Shown here piece by piece: positions 25,614-32,000 of a stretch of DNA of 32,000 nt (its first letter is position 1; each line of letters begins with the position of its first letter). Origin of the DNA: Nitrososphaerota archaeon (GTDB taxonomy: Archaea; Thermoproteota; Nitrososphaeria; Nitrososphaerales; UBA57). Under the pieces are notes generated by a model. The model did not search any database. It was given only the letters and a program-made list of their open reading frames with translations, and had not been told where the DNA came from. The DNA is taken from NCBI GenBank assembly GCA_002713205.1, contig PAVW01000013.1, positions 30,001 through 62,000 on the forward strand. The letters run 5' to 3'. The position numbers and the translations under genes are program-made.

Positions 25614-25969
25614 TTTTCTCGTTTTCCTGCTAATGTAAGTGCATATGCCATAGGTATAAGAACAATTGCTAAGAATGGTAACAAGACTTGTAAACTCTGA
25701 ATTCCTAATTGGGAAAATGATACGCCCCAAGCGAACAAGAACATGATTGTAACATCAAAAACTACGAACATAATCAAATAAGAATAATACTGCATGATTA
25801 AATGGATACGTGATTCACCGGTTGGGGGCTGGCCAGACTCAAAAGTCTGTAGTTTAATAGGATTCCTTTTTTTTGGTGCAAATAAAGTAGGTAAAAGCAA
25901 CATAGGAAGCGAGGCCAGAACGCCAAATAATCCCAAGATTATAATAAAGGCGAATTCGCTTGTAATCAT
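25607..25969 (-). CDS. nuoA: Complex I subunit A
   Basis: 120 aa, three TM helices, FESGQPPTGESR loop (NuoA/ND3 ECG-type loop), YLIMFVVFDV. It is the first gene of the operon. Confidence 0.9.
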   Translation of the reverse strand: MITSEFAFIIILGLFGVLASLPMLLLPTLFAPKKRNPIKLQTFESGQPPTGESRIHLIMQYYSYLIMFVVFDVTIMFLFAWGVSFSQLGIQSLQVLLPFLAIVLIPMAYALTLAGKRENW

Positions 25970-26002
25970 TTTGAATACAATTGATAAATCGGTAAATTTG
26001 TT

Positions 26003-26010
26003 TATTTAAA
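26003..26010 (-). promoter_or_regulatory. Candidate TATA box of the nuo operon promoter
   Basis: The minus strand reads TTTAAATA, 34-41 nt upstream of the nuoA ATG, so it is positioned for a short leader. There is no experimental support, and AT-rich background makes such matches common. Confidence 0.3.
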
Positions 26011-26032
26011 GATTAAGTAAAAATTTAATGTT

Positions 26033-26101
26033 ATTTCTAAATAATAAGTTGTAATATTTCTAAATAATAAGTTGTAATATTTCTAAATAATAAGTTGTAA
26101 T
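26033..26101. repeat. Perfect 3 x 23 bp direct tandem repeat (atttctaaataataagttgtaat) between the TFS-like gene stop and the nuoA promoter
   Basis: Units at 26033-26055, 26056-26078 and 26079-26101 are identical, read directly from the sequence. Confidence 0.95.
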
Positions 26102-26106
26102 ATATG

Positions 26107-26454
26107 TCAATTAGCACGCCAAGTATGAGAACATGAAACACATCGAAAGAACTGCGTAGAAGCCCGTTCTAAACTACTTGTTTGTTTATCCCAGAAATAT
26201 GCAAAATTGTGACGGCATTTTGGACATGTAATTTTAGTAGTAGGAAGTGAACGTAGTTTTTCAGCCTTGGCATCTACAACTTTAATGGTTGTTGCAGGTT
26301 CAACAGGTACTTCTTTAATTTTTACTCTTTTTGTTTCTTGGGAATAATCACATGATATGCAAGACAATAGGAGTTTAGTTTTGGGTTTAGAACCAGATGT
26401 ATCTTCAAACTTTTTAGTTTGGAGTTTTGCGTTACATTTAGGACAAAATTGCAA
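26107..26454 (-). CDS. tfs: Transcription factor S / RNAP subunit M-like double zinc-ribbon protein with an altered acidic hairpin
   Basis: The N-terminal ribbon is CPKC...CISC. The C-terminal ribbon is CPKCRHNFAYFWDKQTSSLERASTQFFRCVSCSHTWR (TFIIS-type). TTG start at 26454, forced by an in-frame TGA 9 nt upstream. This gives (M)QFCPKC, as in canonical TFS N-termini. Confidence 0.85.
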   Translation of the reverse strand: MQFCPKCNAKLQTKKFEDTSGSKPKTKLLLSCISCDYSQETKRVKIKEVPVEPATTIKVVDAKAEKLRSLPTTKITCPKCRHNFAYFWDKQTSSLERASTQFFRCVSCSHTWRAN

Positions 26455-26528
26455 AGCCCATCATCGACCTGAAACAATGCAATAATAATAAGTAAAAAGT
26501 TTTACGGAATTTCTTAATTTTAAAATTC

Positions 26529-26936
26529 TCATATATAACAATTATTGTTATGATAATCGGGAAATTTATTCAGTTCTTCTATATATCGTATTCTGCCTCT
26601 CGAAGCATATGATAATTCACGTCTGTAAGTTACATCAACTAAAGCTCTTCTTTCCAAGGTTTTTATTGCTCTACTTGTAAGATATCTTCCTTGACGATCA
26701 TAATCAAATAATAAAATAGTTTTTTTGTATAACAATGTTTTATCCACGAATTTAGAAAGAGTATTATTATTGCAATAAGTAAATATGTTGCCAGAAAATC
26801 CTAAAGAAAAAAGCGCTATGGCATCATTTTTTCCTTCAACAACTATTAAAGCACCATTCTGAAATTCATGATTCAATCGAGAAATAAATCTTGTAAGAAA
26901 ATTAATAAAATCTGAGTCGTAATGAAGTATGTTCAC
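26529..26936 (-). CDS. Small Toprim-domain protein (primase-like/RNase M5-like)
   Basis: Toprim Glu in ALIVVEGKNDA and the DxD motif in LLFDYDRQG. 135 aa, GTG start. Confidence 0.8.
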   Translation of the reverse strand: MNILHYDSDFINFLTRFISRLNHEFQNGALIVVEGKNDAIALFSLGFSGNIFTYCNNNTLSKFVDKTLLYKKTILLFDYDRQGRYLTSRAIKTLERRALVDVTYRRELSYASRGRIRYIEELNKFPDYHNNNCYI

Positions 26937-26974
26937 TAGATAAAATAAATATCAATGTACTAAAAATGTATGTA

Positions 26975-27250
26975 TTATTTTCGATTTATTATTTTTTCAA
27001 GAATTGGAATAAATAATAAAGGAATCATGGTCCCTATAATTATACCAATTACCATATCATTCATAGAAGGATCAAGAATCGCACCAAGACCATTAGAGAA
27101 AGTATGTCCAACGCCAGCACCAATTAATCCGCCAAATAATCCTTTAGACTTATTATCAAAAAATTTTTCAATATTAATACCTGTATAAGCTCCAAGTAGT
27201 AACAAAAAATTATCAATGAATCCAAAAATGAATCCATCAGGTAATATCAT
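26975..27250 (-). CDS. Small 3-TM Gly-rich membrane protein, paralog B (unknown function)
   Basis: 91 aa: MILPDGFIFGFIDN...GGLIGAGVGHTFSNGLGAILDPSM...IPLLFIPILEKI. Its ATG overlaps the upstream paralog's TGA (ATGA). Confidence 0.75.
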   Translation of the reverse strand: MILPDGFIFGFIDNFLLLLGAYTGINIEKFFDNKSKGLFGGLIGAGVGHTFSNGLGAILDPSMNDMVIGIIIGTMIPLLFIPILEKIINRK

Positions 27251-27522
27251 TTATTTCGAATTCTCTCAATTATTGGAACAAAAAAGATTGGAATAATAGT
27301 ACCAAGTATTATACCAAACAACATACCACGCATTGATGGATCTAAAATCGCACCAAGAGCATCAGAAATAGAATTTCCAATAGTAGCACCCAATACACCA
27401 CCCAATACACCACTGCCTTTTTTGTTCATATATTTTTCAATACTAACTCCGGTATAAGCTCCAAGTAATAGAATAGAATTATCAATAAAGCCGAAAATAA
27501 GACCATCAGGAAGAGCTAACAT
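27247..27522 (-). CDS. Small 3-TM Gly-rich membrane protein, paralog A (unknown function)
   Basis: 91 aa: MLALPDGLIFGFIDN...GGVLGATIGNSISDALGAILDPSM...IPIFFVPIIERI. It is collinear with paralog B over its full length. Confidence 0.75.
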   Translation of the reverse strand: MLALPDGLIFGFIDNSILLLGAYTGVSIEKYMNKKGSGVLGGVLGATIGNSISDALGAILDPSMRGMLFGIILGTIIPIFFVPIIERIRNK

Positions 27523-27632
27523 AACAATAATGTAATTATAATGATATAAAATCTTGTAATTAAAATATTAATAATTAAATAATTATTAATTATTCATATA
27601 TTTTAAAAATAAATTATTAATTTCTATAATAA

Positions 27633-28835
27633 TTATAATCCTAAACCGAGTAATTCTTTAGCAATTATCATGCGTTGTATGTCATTAGTACCTTCATAAA
27701 TTTCTGCAATAAATGAATCTCGAAATCCTCGTTCAATTTCTGAACCTTCTTTTATTCCAGAAATGCCCTGAATCTCAATAGCACGAATAATTGCACGAGA
27801 AGCTACTTCAGTTACATACGCTTTTGAAATTGCAGAACCTCGAGATATGGAATCACGTAATCGTCGAGGAACCTTTTCACGAGATTCAATAATTTTGTAA
27901 TACTTTTCCAATTCTACAAGATTATTATAAACAAGATACTTGGAAGCATATACCTCCATAGCTATATCAGCAAGTTTCCATTGTACAGATTGTCGATTTG
28001 ATAAAGAGCCGCCTTCGGATTGATTTTTTCTAAGAAAGTCAACGCATAGATCTAAAGCTCTTTGCGCAGCACCAAGTGCACCAACAGCCAATGAAACTCT
28101 TCCACCATCCAAAGTGGTTAATGCTACCATAAATCCTGCACCAACATCTCCCAATACATTAGACTTGGGAATTTTACAATTTTCAAAAATTAATTCTGCA
28201 GTTGAAGAAGCTTTCAATCCCATTTTCTTCTCAATTTTACCAACTGAAAAACCAGGTGTGTTTTTTTCCACTAAAAATGCAGTAATACCACCCATTGGTC
28301 CTAAGTTTTTATCATTTGTTGCAAAAACAATTGTTAAATCAGCTTGGTCTCCGTTTGTACAAAAAATCTTGCTTCCGTTAAGAATGAAATCCTCACCGTT
28401 AATATCAGCAGTTGTTTGGATATTAGCTGCATCACTACCAGCAGCTGGTTCGGTTAATGCAAATGCGCCAAGTGAATTTCCAGATGCAAGAGAAGGAAGA
28501 TATTTCTTTTTTTGTTCTTCAGTGCCAAATAGCACAATAGGCGTAGCACATAGACCAAGATGAGCGCCAAGAATTGTTCCGTGGGAACTACAGATTCCTC
28601 CAATCTCCTCCAATAAAATTCCATATTCGATCTTGCTTAATTCTTGACCACCATAATTTTTTGGAATTGTTAAACCAAAATATCCTTGAGATGCCATTTT
28701 TTGAATGTTATCAAGAGGAAACTCTTCGTTTTTATCATAATCTTGCACAGTAGGAAGGATATTTTCGTGTAGGAATTCCCGAACTGTCCTTCGAAATTGT
28801 TCTTGTTCCTCTGTAAAAGAGAATTCAAAAGGCAT
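27633..28835 (-). CDS. Acyl-CoA dehydrogenase (canonical, catalytic Glu present)
   Basis: FALTEPAAGSDAANIQTTA, LNGSKIFCTNG, and FRDSFIAEIYEGTNDIQRMIIAKE (the YEGT catalytic base). I prefer the ATG at 28835 (MPFEFSFTEEQEQF) to the tracked TTG at 28856. Confidence 0.9.
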   Translation of the reverse strand: MPFEFSFTEEQEQFRRTVREFLHENILPTVQDYDKNEEFPLDNIQKMASQGYFGLTIPKNYGGQELSKIEYGILLEEIGGICSSHGTILGAHLGLCATPIVLFGTEEQKKKYLPSLASGNSLGAFALTEPAAGSDAANIQTTADINGEDFILNGSKIFCTNGDQADLTIVFATNDKNLGPMGGITAFLVEKNTPGFSVGKIEKKMGLKASSTAELIFENCKIPKSNVLGDVGAGFMVALTTLDGGRVSLAVGALGAAQRALDLCVDFLRKNQSEGGSLSNRQSVQWKLADIAMEVYASKYLVYNNLVELEKYYKIIESREKVPRRLRDSISRGSAISKAYVTEVASRAIIRAIEIQGISGIKEGSEIERGFRDSFIAEIYEGTNDIQRMIIAKELLGLGL

Positions 28836-28891
28836 TGTATAAAAAAGGAAATCCAATCAGTATAAAGGTTATCGTTATAATTTGAACGGAA

Positions 28892-30022
28892 TCAGCTCGT
28901 GAAGTGTTTTGCAATTAAAACTCTAAGATCATCATTCGAGTCTATGAGAGATTTTACTGCTTCTGCATCTCTCACAAAGCGTTCAACAGGATAATCCTTA
29001 ATGTATCCATATCCACCATGAATCAAAAGTGAAAATTTTGTATTTCTTTGTGCCATTTCTGAAGATGCGATCTTTATCATTGCAGCTTGAATATGAACAT
29101 CTAAACTATTGTCTTTATTATTAGAAATATTACCAAGCATTGCGGAAGCAGCTTCAATATCCAAAGCTATACTTGCAATTTTATGTTGTATAGCTTCAAA
29201 TTTTGATATACGTTTAGAAAATTGTTCGCGTTCGTTAGAATATTTAATAGCTTGGTCCAAAGCAGATTGCATTATTCCAATACTAATAGCACTAATACCC
29301 AACCATATAGTCTCTTGTATAATTTTAATAATGTCTGGTGTATCTTCAAATTTTCCGATTAAATTAGTTTTTGGCACCTTACAACTATAAAATGAAATAG
29401 AAACTAATTCATTGCCGTTTAATCCAATCGTCGATATTGGTTTACTAAAAGATATATCGGGATTGTCTTTTTCTACCAAAACAAGTCCAGAATCTTTTCC
29501 AAAATTACATAAAACAATAAAAAAATCCGATAATGCACCATTCAGTACAAAAGATTTAGTTCCACTGATTGAATAGTAATCGCCTTCTTCCGTTGCTTCT
29601 GTACGGATGTTGTCTACATTTATAAAACTTCCATCATCCCCAAGCACTGCAGTGCCTATCTTTTTACCAGTTGTTAGTTCTGTGAGAAGATTACTTTTCT
29701 GTGAATCTGTGCCAAATTTGTTAATAAGTTGGACTGACAAGATATTATGAAAAATCAATAACGAAGACAATGCTGGTGAATACTTTGTAAGTTCAAGCAT
29801 TCCATGAATAAAGGTAGAGAAACTGGTTTCAGCGCCACCAAACTCACTTGAACCTAACATTCCGTACAAACCGAATTCAGAAACCTTTTCGAGAATAGAG
29901 ATAGGAAGTTCTGAATTGCTATCAATATCTGAAACAATTGGATTAATTTCGTTTTCGCCAAAATTCTGTATTACTTCCTTGATCATTTCGATTTCTTCGT
30001 TCAAAGATGACAATTTATTCAT
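28892..30022 (-). CDS. Acyl-CoA dehydrogenase-fold protein, degenerate (lacks the canonical catalytic Glu and substrate/FAD motifs)
   Basis: The ACAD fold is recognisable (ISGTKSFVLNG, EREQFSKRISKFEAIQHKIA, IHGGYGYIKDYPVERFVRDA). However, TEPxAGSD reads LGDDGSF, and IYEGT reads SLIDS in an ungapped alignment with the neighbouring paralog. Confidence 0.8.
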   Translation of the reverse strand: MNKLSSLNEEIEMIKEVIQNFGENEINPIVSDIDSNSELPISILEKVSEFGLYGMLGSSEFGGAETSFSTFIHGMLELTKYSPALSSLLIFHNILSVQLINKFGTDSQKSNLLTELTTGKKIGTAVLGDDGSFINVDNIRTEATEEGDYYSISGTKSFVLNGALSDFFIVLCNFGKDSGLVLVEKDNPDISFSKPISTIGLNGNELVSISFYSCKVPKTNLIGKFEDTPDIIKIIQETIWLGISAISIGIMQSALDQAIKYSNEREQFSKRISKFEAIQHKIASIALDIEAASAMLGNISNNKDNSLDVHIQAAMIKIASSEMAQRNTKFSLLIHGGYGYIKDYPVERFVRDAEAVKSLIDSNDDLRVLIAKHFTS

Positions 30023-30146
30023 AATAGATTCTCATAACATAATAATCTTATCCATAGAAAACCGTCTGGTTATGATGAACAATAAGAATAAATAATGATT
30101 TATCAACTGCCAAGAACAACAAGTTGTTGTCAGTGTGTTGTAAAAA

Positions 30147-30734
30147 ATGATTATGACAGGAACATATATTCTATTAGGAATTAACTTTCTATTCTTTTTA
30201 GTTCTAAATGTCATACTAGGCAGTACAGTATGTGGAGACATACCATGGAGAATGTTTTGCATAAAAAGCAATTACCTTTTTCAATTTGCACAAGTTAATC
30301 AATTCATATTTGCAGGAGAAAATCTATATCAATTAATTACAAAAATGTTTGTTCATCTAGCTATATTGCATTTTGTTTTGAATATGTTTTTTTTATGGTT
30401 TTTCGGTATAAGATTAGAAAAAATTTCTAGTTCAGTATTTCTTATTCTTGTATTTTTATTATCAGGTATTTCTACGAGTATCGCAAATTTATTTCTTGGA
30501 ACAATTATTTCTGCAGGGGCATCAGGAGCAATTTTTGGTATTGTTACAGTATTCACAGTTCTAAATTGGAATCAAAAAAATACAAAATTATTGTTTCTAG
30601 CTTTTTTGATCTTTATACATGCACCAGCATTACTAGGATCTAGCATTAATTATCTTTCGCATTTTACTGGATTGGCATGTGGTGCTTTGCTTGGACTAAT
30701 TAGGTTTAAAATGTCAAGTAAAAATATCAAGTAA
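30147..30734 (+). CDS. Rhomboid-family intramembrane serine protease
   Basis: Six hydrophobic helices. FVHLAILHFVLNMFFLWFFG gives the H..xxN region, GASGAIFG gives the GxSG catalytic Ser, and LSHFTGLACGALLG gives the catalytic His helix. Confidence 0.85.
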   Translation: MIMTGTYILLGINFLFFLVLNVILGSTVCGDIPWRMFCIKSNYLFQFAQVNQFIFAGENLYQLITKMFVHLAILHFVLNMFFLWFFGIRLEKISSSVFLILVFLLSGISTSIANLFLGTIISAGASGAIFGIVTVFTVLNWNQKNTKLLFLAFLIFIHAPALLGSSINYLSHFTGLACGALLGLIRFKMSSKNIK

Positions 30735-30768
30735 TTACTTTTTTATTGCGCTAAATTAAAGATAAAAC

Positions 30769-31926
30769 ATGAACAAGGTATTTTTGCTTAGTGCTGCAGG
30801 AACATCATATGGAAAAACAGATTTAACTGGAAGAGATTTATCAATGTTAGCTTCAAAACATGCAATAGAAAGAGCAGGAATAAAATCACAAGATATTCAA
30901 GCCGCGTTTATAGCAAACGCATTTGGCATGGCTGAGAAGCAAGGTCATTTGGGCCCATTATTGATGAGTAGCTTGGGTATTCCTCATGCCCCGTCATCAA
31001 CTATAGAAGCTGCTTGTTGCAGTGGAGGATCAGCAATTAGGGAGGCTTACATTAACGTTGCATCAGGTTTTTATGATGTTATTTTGGTTGCTGGAACTGA
31101 AAAAATCAGCCACCTAGATACGCTTACAGCGACAACTTATTTTTCATATGGGGGAGACTATTGTTTCGAGGGAAATTCAGGTGCATCTTTTCCTGGATTA
31201 TATGCCACAATGGCAAGATCTCACATGCATGAATACGGTACAACAGAAGAAGAATTAGCTGCCGTTGCTGTAAAGAATCACGATAACGGATTTTTGAATG
31301 ATAAAGCGCATTTTCAAAAAAGGATTACAATAGATGATGTGTTGAAATCCGCAGTAGTTGCAGATCCATTAAAGCTTTATGATAGTTGTCCTTTCTCAGA
31401 TGGTGCAGCTGCAGCAATAATTGCTAGTGAAGAGTTCATGGATAAAAACAATTTACAGAAACGTGTATCTATAAAAGGTTCAGGAAGGTCAGGAGGCTCT
31501 GGATCATTACACACTCGAAAAGATATGACCAGTTTAGAATCCACCATTAGAGCATCAAGGGAAGCACTAAAACATGCAAATATAAATATTAAAGATATAG
31601 ACTTCGCCGAAGTTCATGATTGTTTTACAATCGCTGAGATAATTGCAATGGAAGATTTAGGAATATTTGAAAAAGGTGAAGCTGGTAAGGCAGTAGTTGA
31701 AGGGAGAACTAAAATCAACGGAGACATTCCAATAAATCCGTCTGGAGGTCTCAAATCAAAGGGTCATCCTGTTGGTGCAACTGGAGTTGGTCAGGTAGTT
31801 GAAGTCTTCGAACAATTAACAAGAAATTCTAAAAAAAGACAAGTTGAAGATGCAAGAATTGGATTAACTCATAATGTTGGTGCGACTGGAGGCAGTTGTG
31901 CAGTTCATATATTCGAGGGTGAATAA
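30769..31926 (+). CDS. Thiolase (archaeal acetoacetyl-CoA thiolase / SCP-x-type)
   Basis: The active-site Cys context is TIEAACCSGGSAIREA. Also present are EVHDCFT, the His region GGLKSKGHPVGATG, and the C-terminal NVGATGGSCAVHIFE. 385 aa. Confidence 0.9.
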   Translation: MNKVFLLSAAGTSYGKTDLTGRDLSMLASKHAIERAGIKSQDIQAAFIANAFGMAEKQGHLGPLLMSSLGIPHAPSSTIEAACCSGGSAIREAYINVASGFYDVILVAGTEKISHLDTLTATTYFSYGGDYCFEGNSGASFPGLYATMARSHMHEYGTTEEELAAVAVKNHDNGFLNDKAHFQKRITIDDVLKSAVVADPLKLYDSCPFSDGAAAAIIASEEFMDKNNLQKRVSIKGSGRSGGSGSLHTRKDMTSLESTIRASREALKHANINIKDIDFAEVHDCFTIAEIIAMEDLGIFEKGEAGKAVVEGRTKINGDIPINPSGGLKSKGHPVGATGVGQVVEVFEQLTRNSKKRQVEDARIGLTHNVGATGGSCAVHIFEGE

Positions 31927-31927
31927 A

Positions 31928-32000
31928 TTGGCTGAGGATTCTGTATTTGTAGGAGATATATATGAAGGCACTAGAAATGGAAAGATCAGAGCGTATGAAT
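31928..32000 (+). CDS. Probable DUF35 (OB-fold/zinc-ribbon) thiolase-associated protein, N-terminal fragment cut by the window
   Basis: A frame opens with TTG 2 nt after the thiolase TAA and reads (M)AEDSVFVGDIYEGTRNGKIRAYE. It resembles the DUF35 N-terminal pattern (f.eg...gkl....C). The position after the thiolase is the conserved archaeal arrangement. Only 24 codons are visible. A second open frame (ATG 31962) cannot be excluded. Confidence 0.4.
   Translation, partial: MAEDSVFVGDIYEGTRNGKIRAYE

Noticed and set aside
25614-25730. N-terminal 39-aa extension of the tracked nuoB ORF (start at 25730), overlapping nuoA by 124 nt.
   Set aside because: The extension (MGRIIFPIRNSEFTSLVTILSNCSYTYG...) has no NuoB similarity and would be translated from the nuoA coding region in another frame. 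A TTG at 25613 overlapping the nuoA stop gives a protein of normal NuoB length.
26033-26101. Whether the 23-bp repeats could be a mini-CRISPR array.
   Set aside because: The units are directly abutting with no spacers. The unit is AT-rich and non-palindromic. No cas genes or leader are nearby. It is a simple tandem repeat.
27523-27632. An extremely AT-rich, locally palindromic spacer (taataattaaataattattaattatt...) between the ACAD gene and the small membrane-protein genes.
   Set aside because: It is low-complexity AT sequence of the kind expected for archaeal promoter/terminator regions. The symmetry is a by-product of the A/T-only composition.
30116-30130. The 15-bp palindrome ACAACAA-G-TTGTTGT, ~20 bp upstream of the rhomboid ATG in the divergent ACAD/rhomboid promoter region. 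It is a possible operator.
   Set aside because: By a rough estimate, several 7-bp-arm inverted repeats are expected by chance in 32 kb of this base composition. There is no second copy or supporting feature.
30032-30271. A 79-aa ORF on the minus strand spanning the ACAD/rhomboid divergent promoter and the rhomboid 5' end.
   Set aside because: It overlaps the rhomboid start on the opposite strand, has an odd composition (MLFMQNILHGMSPHTVLPSMTFRTKK...) and shows no motifs. It is most likely spurious.
1-32000. Possible CTAG avoidance, as support for a CTAG-specific (MjaI-like) R-M system.
   Set aside because: CTAG occurs repeatedly (for example near 2128, 3380, 3418, 4328, 6880, 10600, 11380 and 12105). 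I cannot do a reliable observed/expected count by eye, so no inference about specificity is drawn.

Overview
This is an AT-rich (about one-third G+C by eye), very gene-dense archaeal chromosomal segment. Several features point to an ammonia-oxidising thaumarchaeon (Nitrosopumilales-like), though that assignment is inference. They are a nuo operon lacking nuoEFG, archaeal-type TrpRS/PheRS, a TFS-like factor, an orphan 5S rRNA, a multi-intron tRNA, a thiolase+DUF35 pair and frequent TTG/GTG starts. I call 35 protein genes (2 cut by the window edges), one tRNA-Trp(CCA) with two introns, one 5S rRNA, two tandem repeats, one candidate nuo TATA box and one low-confidence ncRNA candidate. Most genes are housekeeping: translation, complex I, isoprenoid/CoA metabolism and DNA repair. 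The only clearly accessory module is a convergent type II restriction-modification pair at 1394-3066. I see no CRISPR array or mobile element. The items most worth a second look are these. (1) A B12-binding protein at 3334-4188 carries the CarH-type photoreceptor signature W-x9-EH plus the lower-ligand His, but has a non-MerR N-terminal domain. (2) Complex I has a 12th gene, a second NuoM-like antiporter subunit, and a 701-aa NuoL whose lateral-helix region contains an apparent internal duplication of about 24 aa. (3) A TFS-like protein has its catalytic acidic hairpin DE changed to ER. (4) An acyl-CoA dehydrogenase sits next to a degenerate partner that lacks the catalytic Glu. (5) tRNA-Trp has a non-canonical 28/29 intron that forms a clean bulge-helix-bulge. 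(6) A perfect 3 x 23 bp tandem repeat lies upstream of nuoA. (7) A roughly 43% G+C island lies in an otherwise very AT-rich intergenic spacer.
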